64,000 nt of DNA from Candidatus Poribacteria bacterium. Its GTDB lineage: Bacteria > Poribacteria > WGA-4E > JAJDTR01. Below the pieces are notes generated by a model. It was not told the DNA's origin. It saw only the letters and a program-made list of their open reading frames with translations, and ran no database searches. The position numbers and the translations under genes are program-made. This document shows, one piece after another, positions 38,992 through 47,634 of the stretch. The stretch covers positions 256,001 through 320,000 of the forward strand of contig CBDCTK010000002.1 in NCBI GenBank assembly GCA_965222225.1. The letters are read 5' to 3'. The first letter of the stretch is position 1, and every line of letters begins with the position of its first letter.

Positions 38992-41900
38992 ATGCAAAAT
39001 CCCTACAGCGAAGACCAACTGATTGAACAACCCGCCATCGGTCTGCTCGTTGAACTTGGGTGGGAGAGGTTGGACTGTTTTGACGAGTTTTCGCAGGTCG
39101 GTGGGAGCCCGCTCGGTAGAGAGACGAAGTCGGAGGTCGTGCTGACGTCGCGCTTGCGCCCCGCATTACGACGACTCAACCCCGATGCCTCGGACGCTGC
39201 CGTTGACTCGGCAATCGAGGAACTCACCCGCCCGCGTTCCGCCATGAGCCTCGCCGCCGCCAATCGGGAGATTTATGAACTCTTGAAGGACGGCGTGAGG
39301 GTGACGGTAAGTGATCCGGATGGCGAAGAGGAACTCGTCGAAGTCCTCCGCGTCATTGATTGGAGTTCCCCGGCAAACAACGATTTCCTCGCCGCATCTC
39401 AAATGTGGATTGCCGGCGAAACCTACCAGCGGCGACCGGACCTCATCGGTTTTGTCAACGGCATACCCCTGCTGCTAATGGAGTTCAAACGGATTGACGA
39501 ACCCGTTTACTCCGCCTACCACGACAATCTCCGCGACTACAAGGACACCATTCCCCACCTGTTCTGGTACAATGCCCTGATTATCGTCTCCAACGGCTCC
39601 GAGAGCCGATTCGGCGGGTTCACCGCCAGTTGGGAGCACTTCGCCGAATGGAAACGAGTCAGCTCCGAGGAGGAGCAGGGGGCGAGTTCGTTGGAGACGA
39701 TGCTCAGGGGACTGTGCGATCACGAACGGCTGCTTGACCTCATCGAAAACTTCACGCTCTTCATGGAGGCGCAAGGCGGACTCATCAAGCTTATCGCTAA
39801 GAACCATCAATACTTGGGCGCGAATAACGCCATCCGAGCCCTGCGGGGAATTGAATCAAACCGTGGAAAGCTGGGCGTGTTCTGGCATACACAAGGCTCC
39901 GGGAAAAGCGTGTCAATGATTTTCTTCGCCCAAAAGGTATTGAGAAAGATTCCCGGAAACTGGAGTTTTGTCCTTGTGACCGACCGGGTGGAGTTGGACA
40001 ACCAGCTCTACAAAAACTTCGCGGATTGCAGCGGGGTTGTGATAGGGCAGGAGGTTCATGCGGAAAGTGTAGTGCATCTTCGGCAACTTCTAAGCGAAGA
40101 CCATCGGTATATTTTCACCCTCATCCACAAGTTTCAAACAAGAGCCGGCGAAGAGCATCCGGTGCTCTCCGATCGATCAGACATCATTGTCATCACGGAT
40201 GAATCCCACCGCAGTCAATACGACACCTTGGCGCTGAACATGCGAACCGCGCTGCCCAACGCGGCGTTCATCGCCTTCACCGGCACCCCGCTCATCGCCG
40301 GCGAGGAGAAAACGAGGCAGGTTTTCGGCGATTATGTCTCAATCTACAACTTCAAGCAGTCGGTCGAGGATGGCGCGACGCTGCCGCTATTCTACGAGAA
40401 TCGAGTTCCGGCGCTGCAACTCACTAACGAAGACCTCAACGAAGAACTTGAGGGCATTCTTGAGGACGCCGAACTTGACGAGGCGCAGGAATCCAAGCTT
40501 GAGAAGGAGTTTTCCAGAGAGTATAACCTCATCACACGGGAAGACCGCTTGGACGCCATCGCGAAAGACATCGTCTCCCACTTTATGGGACGCGGCTATC
40601 GGGGCAAGGCGATGGTCATCTCGGTCGACAAAGCCACGACTGTCAAGATGTACGACAGAGCGCAAGCCCACTGGAAAGGTTACCTCGGAGGTCTCCGAGC
40701 GGAGTTAGATAGCACGACCTCACCCGATCTGCGCGATCCGCTTGCGGCAAAGATTCAGTACATGGACGAGACGGATATGGGCGTCGTGGTATCTCAATCG
40801 CAAAACGAGATTGACGACCTGAGACAGAAGGGGGTGGACATCGTGCCGCACCGCAGACGAATGGTTAACGAGGATTTGGATACCAAGTTCAAAGATCCGG
40901 ATGACCCGTTCCGAATCGTGTTCGTGTGTTCGATGTGGAGCACGGGTTTTGATGTCCCGTCATGCTCCACGATTTATCTCGACAAGCCTCAGCGCAACCA
41001 TACGCTGATGCAGACCATCGCCAGAGCGAATCGCGTCTTTCGTGATAAGGTCAACGGCTTGATTGTGGACTATATCGGCGTGTTCCGCCATCTTGAGAAG
41101 GCGCTTGCAACCTACGGTGGAGAGGATGACACGGAGGGCGGCAACCCGATTGTAGACAAATTGAAGCTGGTCGAGATGTTAAGAGAGGCAATCGTGGAAA
41201 TCAACGCGTTCTGCATGGGAATCGGTGTCGATCTTTTCGCGATTGACGAAGCGGAGGCGTTTGAGAAAACCGAGTTAATCGACGATGCGGTGAACAAGAT
41301 AGTGACCAACGACCCGACCAAACGGGAATATCTTCAGCTTGCCGCTAACCTCGCCAGGTTATATAAAGCCATCCTACCCGATTCGCGTGCGCAAAACTTC
41401 GTCGCGACCTGTACGCTGGTGGATATCATCGGAAAGAAGATAAGAAAGCTGACCGCATCGGCTGACATCTCCGACGTGATGGGGGAAGTGGAAGCCCTGC
41501 TTGATCGCTCGGTTGCGCCCGAAGGCTATGTTATCGAAGAAAGAGAGCACGAATGGGAGACCGACAAGCTGATCGATTTGAGCGAGATTGACTTTGAGGC
41601 GCTGCGGGAGCGGTTCAGAACCAAACGCAAACACATCGAGGCGGAGAAACTCAGGGTGGCGATAAAGGGGAAGCTAACGCAACTGGTTCACGTCAATCGC
41701 ACCCGAATGGATTTTCAGGAGAAATTCGAGGAGATGATTGCTGAGTACAACGATGGCAGAATCAAGGTAGATCTGCATTTTGATGAGTTGATTAGACTGG
41801 CTGAAGCGCTCAACGAAGAGGAGCAGCGCGCGGTCGGCGAGCGTCTTACCGAAGAGGAGTTAACCCTGTTTGACTATCTGACGCGATCCGAGGAAAATCT

Positions 41901-42180
41901 CACCGAGGCGGAACGCGATGAGGTGAAGGATGTATCGCGCACGTTGCTTGAGACGCTTAAACGCGAGAAGCTAGTTTTAGATTGGCGCAAGAAGCAGCAA
42001 TCGCGCGCCGATGTCAGGCTGACTATCCATAAAATCCTTGACGAACTGCTGCCGGAGTGTTACTCGAAAGAACTGTATAATCAGAAATGCGAAGCCGTTT
42101 ATCAGCACATCTACGATTCCTATTACAGTGATGACAGTAGTGTGTATACGATGACACACCGCGAATCTCGTTTAATTTAA
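38992..42180 (+). CDS. hsdR: Type I R-M restriction subunit
   Basis: RRPD...LMEFK nuclease motif, HTQGSGKS, DESHRSQY, FTGTP, TGFDVP and QTIARANR; ORF intact. Confidence 0.96.
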   Translation: MQNPYSEDQLIEQPAIGLLVELGWERLDCFDEFSQVGGSPLGRETKSEVVLTSRLRPALRRLNPDASDAAVDSAIEELTRPRSAMSLAAANREIYELLKDGVRVTVSDPDGEEELVEVLRVIDWSSPANNDFLAASQMWIAGETYQRRPDLIGFVNGIPLLLMEFKRIDEPVYSAYHDNLRDYKDTIPHLFWYNALIIVSNGSESRFGGFTASWEHFAEWKRVSSEEEQGASSLETMLRGLCDHERLLDLIENFTLFMEAQGGLIKLIAKNHQYLGANNAIRALRGIESNRGKLGVFWHTQGSGKSVSMIFFAQKVLRKIPGNWSFVLVTDRVELDNQLYKNFADCSGVVIGQEVHAESVVHLRQLLSEDHRYIFTLIHKFQTRAGEEHPVLSDRSDIIVITDESHRSQYDTLALNMRTALPNAAFIAFTGTPLIAGEEKTRQVFGDYVSIYNFKQSVEDGATLPLFYENRVPALQLTNEDLNEELEGILEDAELDEAQESKLEKEFSREYNLITREDRLDAIAKDIVSHFMGRGYRGKAMVISVDKATTVKMYDRAQAHWKGYLGGLRAELDSTTSPDLRDPLAAKIQYMDETDMGVVVSQSQNEIDDLRQKGVDIVPHRRRMVNEDLDTKFKDPDDPFRIVFVCSMWSTGFDVPSCSTIYLDKPQRNHTLMQTIARANRVFRDKVNGLIVDYIGVFRHLEKALATYGGEDDTEGGNPIVDKLKLVEMLREAIVEINAFCMGIGVDLFAIDEAEAFEKTELIDDAVNKIVTNDPTKREYLQLAANLARLYKAILPDSRAQNFVATCTLVDIIGKKIRKLTASADISDVMGEVEALLDRSVAPEGYVIEEREHEWETDKLIDLSEIDFEALRERFRTKRKHIEAEKLRVAIKGKLTQLVHVNRTRMDFQEKFEEMIAEYNDGRIKVDLHFDELIRLAEALNEEEQRAVGERLTEEELTLFDYLTRSEENLTEAERDEVKDVSRTLLETLKREKLVLDWRKKQQSRADVRLTIHKILDELLPECYSKELYNQKCEAVYQHIYDSYYSDDSSVYTMTHRESRLI

Positions 42181-42447
42181 GCGGGGCGGCAGAAACTCAT
42201 CTACGACCATCGAATCGAAAGTAAAATCATCTCATTGCGGGTTCTGTAGGAGCGAGTTTTTCTCGCGAATTTGGAAATTTACCTCGCGAATTGAGACTTA
42301 CAAAGCTTGGTGTGCAGTGCACACCCTCTCTTAACCTGTGTTACACCTCGCCAACAATCGACCCTACCCCAAGTCTGACCTCTCCCACGCTGAAGGCTAG
42401 AATCTTCTGAATGCTCCACCTAATGTCCACAGCAGACAAACTGTCAA

Positions 42448-42476
42448 TTGCATAAATCCACAACTTCAACTATAAT
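42448..42476 (+). promoter_or_regulatory. Sigma70 promoter
   Basis: TTGCAT-17 nt-TATAAT, 65 nt upstream of the PAP2 gene. Confidence 0.65.
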
Positions 42477-42540
42477 ATCGGACGAATAACGCGCCACGCC
42501 GCATGAGACATCGTGATGGCCTCGTCTCGTCAAAAAATCT

Positions 42541-43389
42541 ATGAGTTCCCTTAATCTTTTACCGTCCGACTGGATTACGACACTCTATCTCGCTGTCTCC
42601 AGCGTGTTGATGCTTATTTTTCACAGAAACCTGGCACGCTGGTATATCTTCCTGTCCATCCACATAGCAGCAGTCTTGGGGATACTTTCGCTTCATTTCG
42701 TCCCCGGCCCGCTGTCACCCCTGCTTCAGTTCGCGCGTGATTGGTACGCACTCGCAACCATCCTGCTCTTTTATTGGGGGGTTAAACCGCTGACGCAGAT
42801 GGTCTTTCAGGGCATGTTCGACGATTGGATTGTCCGATGGGAAAATCGCCTCTTCAAAGGGCAGCCGAGTACGTATCTGAGCGCACGTTTCCCGTCGGTT
42901 GCCCTCTCGGAGTATCTTCACCTCTGCTATCTTAGCTATTACTTCATCCCCGTTTTCCTGCCGACCATGCTCTATTTTCGTGGAAAGGGCGAGGCATTCT
43001 TTGAAACGTTGTTCGCTGAACTGTTCACATTCAACCTTTGCCTAATCTGGTATATTGTTTTTCCTGTCGCAGGACCTCGCTACAATTCGGAAAAAATTGA
43101 TGAGTCCCTGTCCAGTCGTCCCTTGTGTAGGTTGACACATGCCATCCTTTCCCGCGCTTCCACGAAAGGCGCGGCGTTTCCAAGTTCTCACTCCGCGCTC
43201 GCGATAGTCGTTCTTCTCTGCGGGGCGCGCTACGATCTCGTCAGTTTCGTCATTTTATTTCCATTTTGCACCGGGTTAGTGGTCGGCACGGTCTACGGTC
43301 GGTTTCATTATGCGTTGGATGCGGTTGCAGGAGTGCTCCTTGGGGTTTTAACCTTCGGGCTTTACCCAATCGTTTACCGATGGTTCTGA
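42541..43389 (+). CDS. PAP2-superfamily integral membrane phosphatase/phosphotransferase (Aur1-like)
   Basis: FPVAGPR, AFPSSH and RFHYALD motifs; multiple TM helices. Confidence 0.85.
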   Translation: MSSLNLLPSDWITTLYLAVSSVLMLIFHRNLARWYIFLSIHIAAVLGILSLHFVPGPLSPLLQFARDWYALATILLFYWGVKPLTQMVFQGMFDDWIVRWENRLFKGQPSTYLSARFPSVALSEYLHLCYLSYYFIPVFLPTMLYFRGKGEAFFETLFAELFTFNLCLIWYIVFPVAGPRYNSEKIDESLSSRPLCRLTHAILSRASTKGAAFPSSHSALAIVVLLCGARYDLVSFVILFPFCTGLVVGTVYGRFHYALDAVAGVLLGVLTFGLYPIVYRWF

Positions 43390-43393
43390 GGCA

Positions 43394-45265
43394 ATGGATG
43401 AAGAGATGCGAGTGAACAATCCGCCAATTCAACCCCTTGTGATTTACGACGCCGATTGTGATTTTTGTCGTTTCTGGATTGCTCGCTGGCGGCACGTGAC
43501 GGGAGAACGTGCCGATTACATCTCGTCTCGGGAAGTCGGTGACCGATTCCCCGAGATCCCGCACGAGCATTATCAAAAGGCAGTGCAACTGGTAAATCCT
43601 GACGGCGAAGTCTTTTGCGGCGCCGAAGCCGTTTTTCGCGCATTCGCACACAACGCGCGCCGACGATGGGTATTGGGGTTGTATCAGCGTCTGCCGGGAT
43701 TTGCCCTCATCACCGAGGCGGTATACCGTTTTATCGCGGGACACCGCAAGTTTTTCTCGGCGTTAACGCGCTGGGGTTGGGGGAATCAGCCGATACGTCC
43801 GACGTTCTTCTTGACACGATGGCTGTTCCTCCGACTACTCGGCGTCATTTATCTCGTTGCTTTTCTGTCGCTCTGGACTCAGATTGATGGCTTGATAGGG
43901 AGTGACGGCATTTTGCCCGCCGAGCGATACCTGAGTGCCGTCCGCGAACAGGTCGGTCTTGAGCGGTATTTAGCCTTTCCAACGCTGTGCTGGCTTAACG
44001 ATAGCGATGCCTTTCTACATCTCTTGTGCGGCGGTGGCGTGTTTCTGTCGTTGCTGTTGATTGTCGGGATTGCGCCGGTTCTCGCGCTAACCGGCTTGTG
44101 GGTGTTCTACCTCTCGCTGGTGAGCGCCGGACAGAGTTTCCTTAGTTTCCAGTGGGATGCGTTACTGCTGGAAACCGGTTTTCTCGCAATTTTTTTCGCG
44201 CCGCCGCAAATTCTGCCCGGAATCTCGCGAGAACCGGTGCCATCGCCTGTCGTGTTATGGCTGCTCCGCTGGCTGCTGTTTCGGCTGATGTTCGCTTCCG
44301 GTGTCGTGAAGTTGATGAGCGGCGACCCGACATGGAGTAACCTTACCGCGCTCAATTTTCATTATGAAACGCAGCCGCTCCCAACGTCCCTAGGTTGGTA
44401 CGTCCATCACCTGCCCGAGTGGATTCAGAAGGCCTCCGTGGCAGGGATGTTCGGGGTTGAGATTGTCGTTCCGTTCCTCATCTTTGCACCGCGCCGCCTG
44501 CGATTTCTTGGGGCGATCGCCCTTGTGGCGCTGCAACTCCTAATCGCCGCAACTGGAAATTACTGCTTCTTCAACCTGTTAACGGTCGCACTCTGCGTTT
44601 TATTACTTGACGACGTCATGTTGCGCCGCTGCTTCCCATCCCGGATTGCCAAGAGGTTGACGCTGCCTTCCGCAATAAGTCTTACGCAAAGGTGGAAGCT
44701 CCCGCTCATTGGCGTTTTGGCGGCGTTCATACTACTGGTGAGCGGAATTCGGATGACTGGGACATTTCTGTGGCGCGAGGGGTTTCCGCCGGTCGCTCAA
44801 GGCGTTCTGAAGTGGGTCGCCCCATTTCGTGTAGTAAACAGCTATGGGCTCTTTACTGTGATGACCACTTCTCGACCCGAAATCGGGGTTGAAGGCAGCG
44901 ACGATGGAAGGACGTGGAAGGAGTACAAATTCAAATGGAAGCCTGATGAACTGAACCAGGCACCGCGTTGGGTCGCGCCCCACCAACCGAGACTGGATTG
45001 GCAAATGTGGTTCGCGGCGCTTCGCGGAAACTGCCAGAATGCCCCGTGGTTCGTCAAATTCATGATACGTCTGCTACAGGGATCGCCCGATGTGATCGAG
45101 CTACTGGAGAAGAATCCGTTTCCTGAAACGCCGCCGCGATATGTTCGCGCTGTCCTCTACGACTACCGGTTCACCGACCTGGAGACAAAGCGAGAAAAAG
45201 GGACATGGTGGAAACGCGAGCGGCGAGGACTATATTGCCGCCCGATTGCACTACGCCCGAATTGA
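43394..45265 (+). CDS. DCC1-like thioredoxin domain fused to lipase maturation factor (LMF1) domains
   Basis: N-terminal YDADCDFC; LMF motifs FQWDALLLETGF, HYETQPLP, TGNYCFFN and APHQPRLDWQMWF. Confidence 0.92.
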   Translation: MDEEMRVNNPPIQPLVIYDADCDFCRFWIARWRHVTGERADYISSREVGDRFPEIPHEHYQKAVQLVNPDGEVFCGAEAVFRAFAHNARRRWVLGLYQRLPGFALITEAVYRFIAGHRKFFSALTRWGWGNQPIRPTFFLTRWLFLRLLGVIYLVAFLSLWTQIDGLIGSDGILPAERYLSAVREQVGLERYLAFPTLCWLNDSDAFLHLLCGGGVFLSLLLIVGIAPVLALTGLWVFYLSLVSAGQSFLSFQWDALLLETGFLAIFFAPPQILPGISREPVPSPVVLWLLRWLLFRLMFASGVVKLMSGDPTWSNLTALNFHYETQPLPTSLGWYVHHLPEWIQKASVAGMFGVEIVVPFLIFAPRRLRFLGAIALVALQLLIAATGNYCFFNLLTVALCVLLLDDVMLRRCFPSRIAKRLTLPSAISLTQRWKLPLIGVLAAFILLVSGIRMTGTFLWREGFPPVAQGVLKWVAPFRVVNSYGLFTVMTTSRPEIGVEGSDDGRTWKEYKFKWKPDELNQAPRWVAPHQPRLDWQMWFAALRGNCQNAPWFVKFMIRLLQGSPDVIELLEKNPFPETPPRYVRAVLYDYRFTDLETKREKGTWWKRERRGLYCRPIALRPN

Positions 45266-45367
45266 ATCTGACACCAATAGCACCTGCGCCACGCGGTTTG
45301 TAGCAGCGATTCCCTTCCTTGCGCGCCCGGATCGAAGTTAAAGTCAGACTCAGTGATTGTATCAAGC

Positions 45368-45391
45368 TGTAGGGTGGGCACTGCCCACCAT
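45368..45391. repeat. GTAG REP-like palindrome
   Basis: TGTAGGGTGGGCACTGCCCACCAT. Confidence 0.8.
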
Positions 45392-45454
45392 TTCAAGTGC
45401 TCTCTCCAGACCCATTGAGATGAGACTCTTATCGAAAGACTTTAGGAGGTAATT

Positions 45455-46258
45455 GTGCCAAACAAGAAAGATCCTGATCGCAGCCATTTCCTATCAGTTG
45501 CCTTGGAAGCGACGTCTAAAGCTGAAACCGTCATAATGGATTACTATTCGGGTCGCATTGCATCAGAGCTAAAAGCCGATGGAACACCTGTAACGGTAGC
45601 GGATACCGAAGCCGAACGGATTATCATAGAAACCATCGCGAACGAATTTCCCGATCACGGATTCCTGGGCGAGGAATCGGGAGTTACGCACTCAGCCTCT
45701 CCGTATGTATGGATTATTGATCCGATTGATGGGACGAAAAACTATATACGGCATATCCCGTTGTTCGCGACGCAGATTGCCCTCATGAATGAGGATAAAC
45801 TCATCTTAGGGATTTCCAACGCCCCCGCAATGGGCGAACTGCTTTGCGCCGAGAAGGAGTGTGGCGCGTTTCTGAATAATCGACGGATAAATGTTACGAA
45901 TGTTGGTCAGTTTGATGAGGCGATGATTTGCCATGGCGGGCTCAAGTATTTCAACGAAAAAGGCATATTGGCGAACCTGTTCAACCTTGCAAACGATGTG
46001 CATCGTACGAGAGGATTCGGTGATTGCTACATGTATCACCTGTTGGCTTCCGGTCGGGCAGATGCCGTGATTGAGGCGGCAATCAGCATTTGGGACATCG
46101 CGGCGCTGACCGTAATCGTAGAGGAAGCTGGCGGGACGGTTACGAACCTGCGGGGCGAGCCTATTGACAAGAACACGGATTCGATACTCGCTACCAACGG
46201 ATTCTTGCATCAACAGATCTTAACCCGGTTTGAAAAAACACTCAACGACACTGTATGA
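45455..46258 (+). CDS. Inositol monophosphatase family protein (HisN-like)
   Basis: PVTVAD, GEE, WIIDPIDGTKNY, RGFGD and WDIAA motifs; RBS AGGAGG. Confidence 0.9.
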   Translation: MPNKKDPDRSHFLSVALEATSKAETVIMDYYSGRIASELKADGTPVTVADTEAERIIIETIANEFPDHGFLGEESGVTHSASPYVWIIDPIDGTKNYIRHIPLFATQIALMNEDKLILGISNAPAMGELLCAEKECGAFLNNRRINVTNVGQFDEAMICHGGLKYFNEKGILANLFNLANDVHRTRGFGDCYMYHLLASGRADAVIEAAISIWDIAALTVIVEEAGGTVTNLRGEPIDKNTDSILATNGFLHQQILTRFEKTLNDTV

Positions 46259-46278
46259 ACATCTGAGATTGTTGTTTT

Positions 46279-46311
46279 AGAAACCGAGTTTTTCCTCAAA
46301 ACTCGGTTTCT
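46279..46311. repeat. GAAACCGAG-type palindromic repeat
   Basis: AGAAACCGAGTTTTTCCTCAAAACTCGGTTTCT. Confidence 0.75.
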
Positions 46312-46346
46312 TCCGCACAACATGAACAAGGAGGGAGACGAACGCT

Positions 46347-47237
46347 ATGCCGTTAAGAACTGTTGGAATTCTAAGCCCGGGTGATATGGGACATACCGTC
46401 GGGAGAGTGCTTGGAGAACACGGTTTGCATGTAATCGCCTGCATCCAAGGACGGAGCAGGCACACACAATCTCTGGCGGAGAGCGCAAATATCACAGTCG
46501 TGCCAACGTATCAGCAGCTCGTGGCCGAGTCGAACCTTATCCTGTCAATCCTCGTGCCTGCCCAAGCCAAGACTGCTGCCGAGAGCATCGCAGAGGCGCT
46601 TGGCGAGACTAAAACGGAACTCGTTTACGCCGATTGCAACGCGATTGCTCCACAGACTGTGCGCCAGATTGATGAAATCGTTACCGCCGCGGGAGGCAAT
46701 TTCGTGGATGCTTCAATCATTGGTCCGCCGCCCAAAAACGAAGGGTCAACACGGTTCTATGCTTCCGGGGGGGACCTTCACATCTTTCAGGAATTAAGCC
46801 ACTTTGGACTCGATATCCGCCCGCTGGGCACCGAGATCGGTTTGGCATCGGCAATTAAGATGTGCTACGCTTCGATGACAAAAGGCTTAACCGCGCTTTG
46901 CACGGAACTCCTTACCGCAGCAGAGATTTTGGGTGTCTCAGAAGCGCTTGGAGTGGAGTTCAAGTTAAGCCAATCGGCACTTTACGAGCGCATGGAACGG
47001 AGTCTGCCGTCAATGCCGCCGAAATCACGACGCTGGATTGGCGAAATGGAGGAAATCTCGGCTACGTTTGAGCATGTGGGCTTGACGCCAAATATTCTCG
47101 CCGGAGCAGCCGATATGTATCGATTGGTCGGTGAAACGCATCTTGCAGATTTATCGCCCGAGGACGCCGAGTCGTATCCAACACTTGGAGAAACGATCTC
47201 GATTTTGGCAGAGCACCTGAAGAAACAGGATGCGTGA
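46347..47237 (+). CDS. NAD(P)-dependent oxidoreductase with a DUF1932 C-terminal domain
   Basis: GILSPGDMG, DCNAIAP, ASAIKMCYA and RRWIGEMEEI motifs. Confidence 0.88.
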   Translation: MPLRTVGILSPGDMGHTVGRVLGEHGLHVIACIQGRSRHTQSLAESANITVVPTYQQLVAESNLILSILVPAQAKTAAESIAEALGETKTELVYADCNAIAPQTVRQIDEIVTAAGGNFVDASIIGPPPKNEGSTRFYASGGDLHIFQELSHFGLDIRPLGTEIGLASAIKMCYASMTKGLTALCTELLTAAEILGVSEALGVEFKLSQSALYERMERSLPSMPPKSRRWIGEMEEISATFEHVGLTPNILAGAADMYRLVGETHLADLSPEDAESYPTLGETISILAEHLKKQDA

Positions 47238-47427
47238 TTGCCTGTTGCAATCATGGGACGGCACAGGGCCCGTCCCCTACGGTCAAGTACAATTACGCTA
47301 GAATTTCAGAATTGCTTGCACTTCATCGTATGTTGGGATATAAAATAATGGGATATTGTTACAAAGGGTCGAGAAGTCTTGCTAGGTTTCGCCTTTCTCA
47401 TTCACTACTACAAACCGAACAACGTAA

Positions 47428-47587
47428 GAGCCTGTTTGAAAAGTAAAGTTTGTAGGGTGCGATCAAAGGAATGAATAATGACTGCGATAGAGATCCTACA
47501 GGTATGTAGCAGCCAACAATGAAAACATGAGAAAACTTTCTACAAATGACCAAAAATGGCTTTGCCACCGATTATTCAAACAGGCTC
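47428..47587. mobile_element. 160-bp MITE, IS5/IS1031-like ends
   Basis: 13-bp TIRs GAGCCTGTTTGAA / TTCAAACAGGCTC flanked by a TAA direct repeat (47425-47427, 47588-47590); contains a nested GTAG repeat. Confidence 0.75.
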
Positions 47588-47634
47588 TAAATCTTATGCG
47601 TAAAATTCTTAGTTGAATTGCTATAGTTAAAAAA

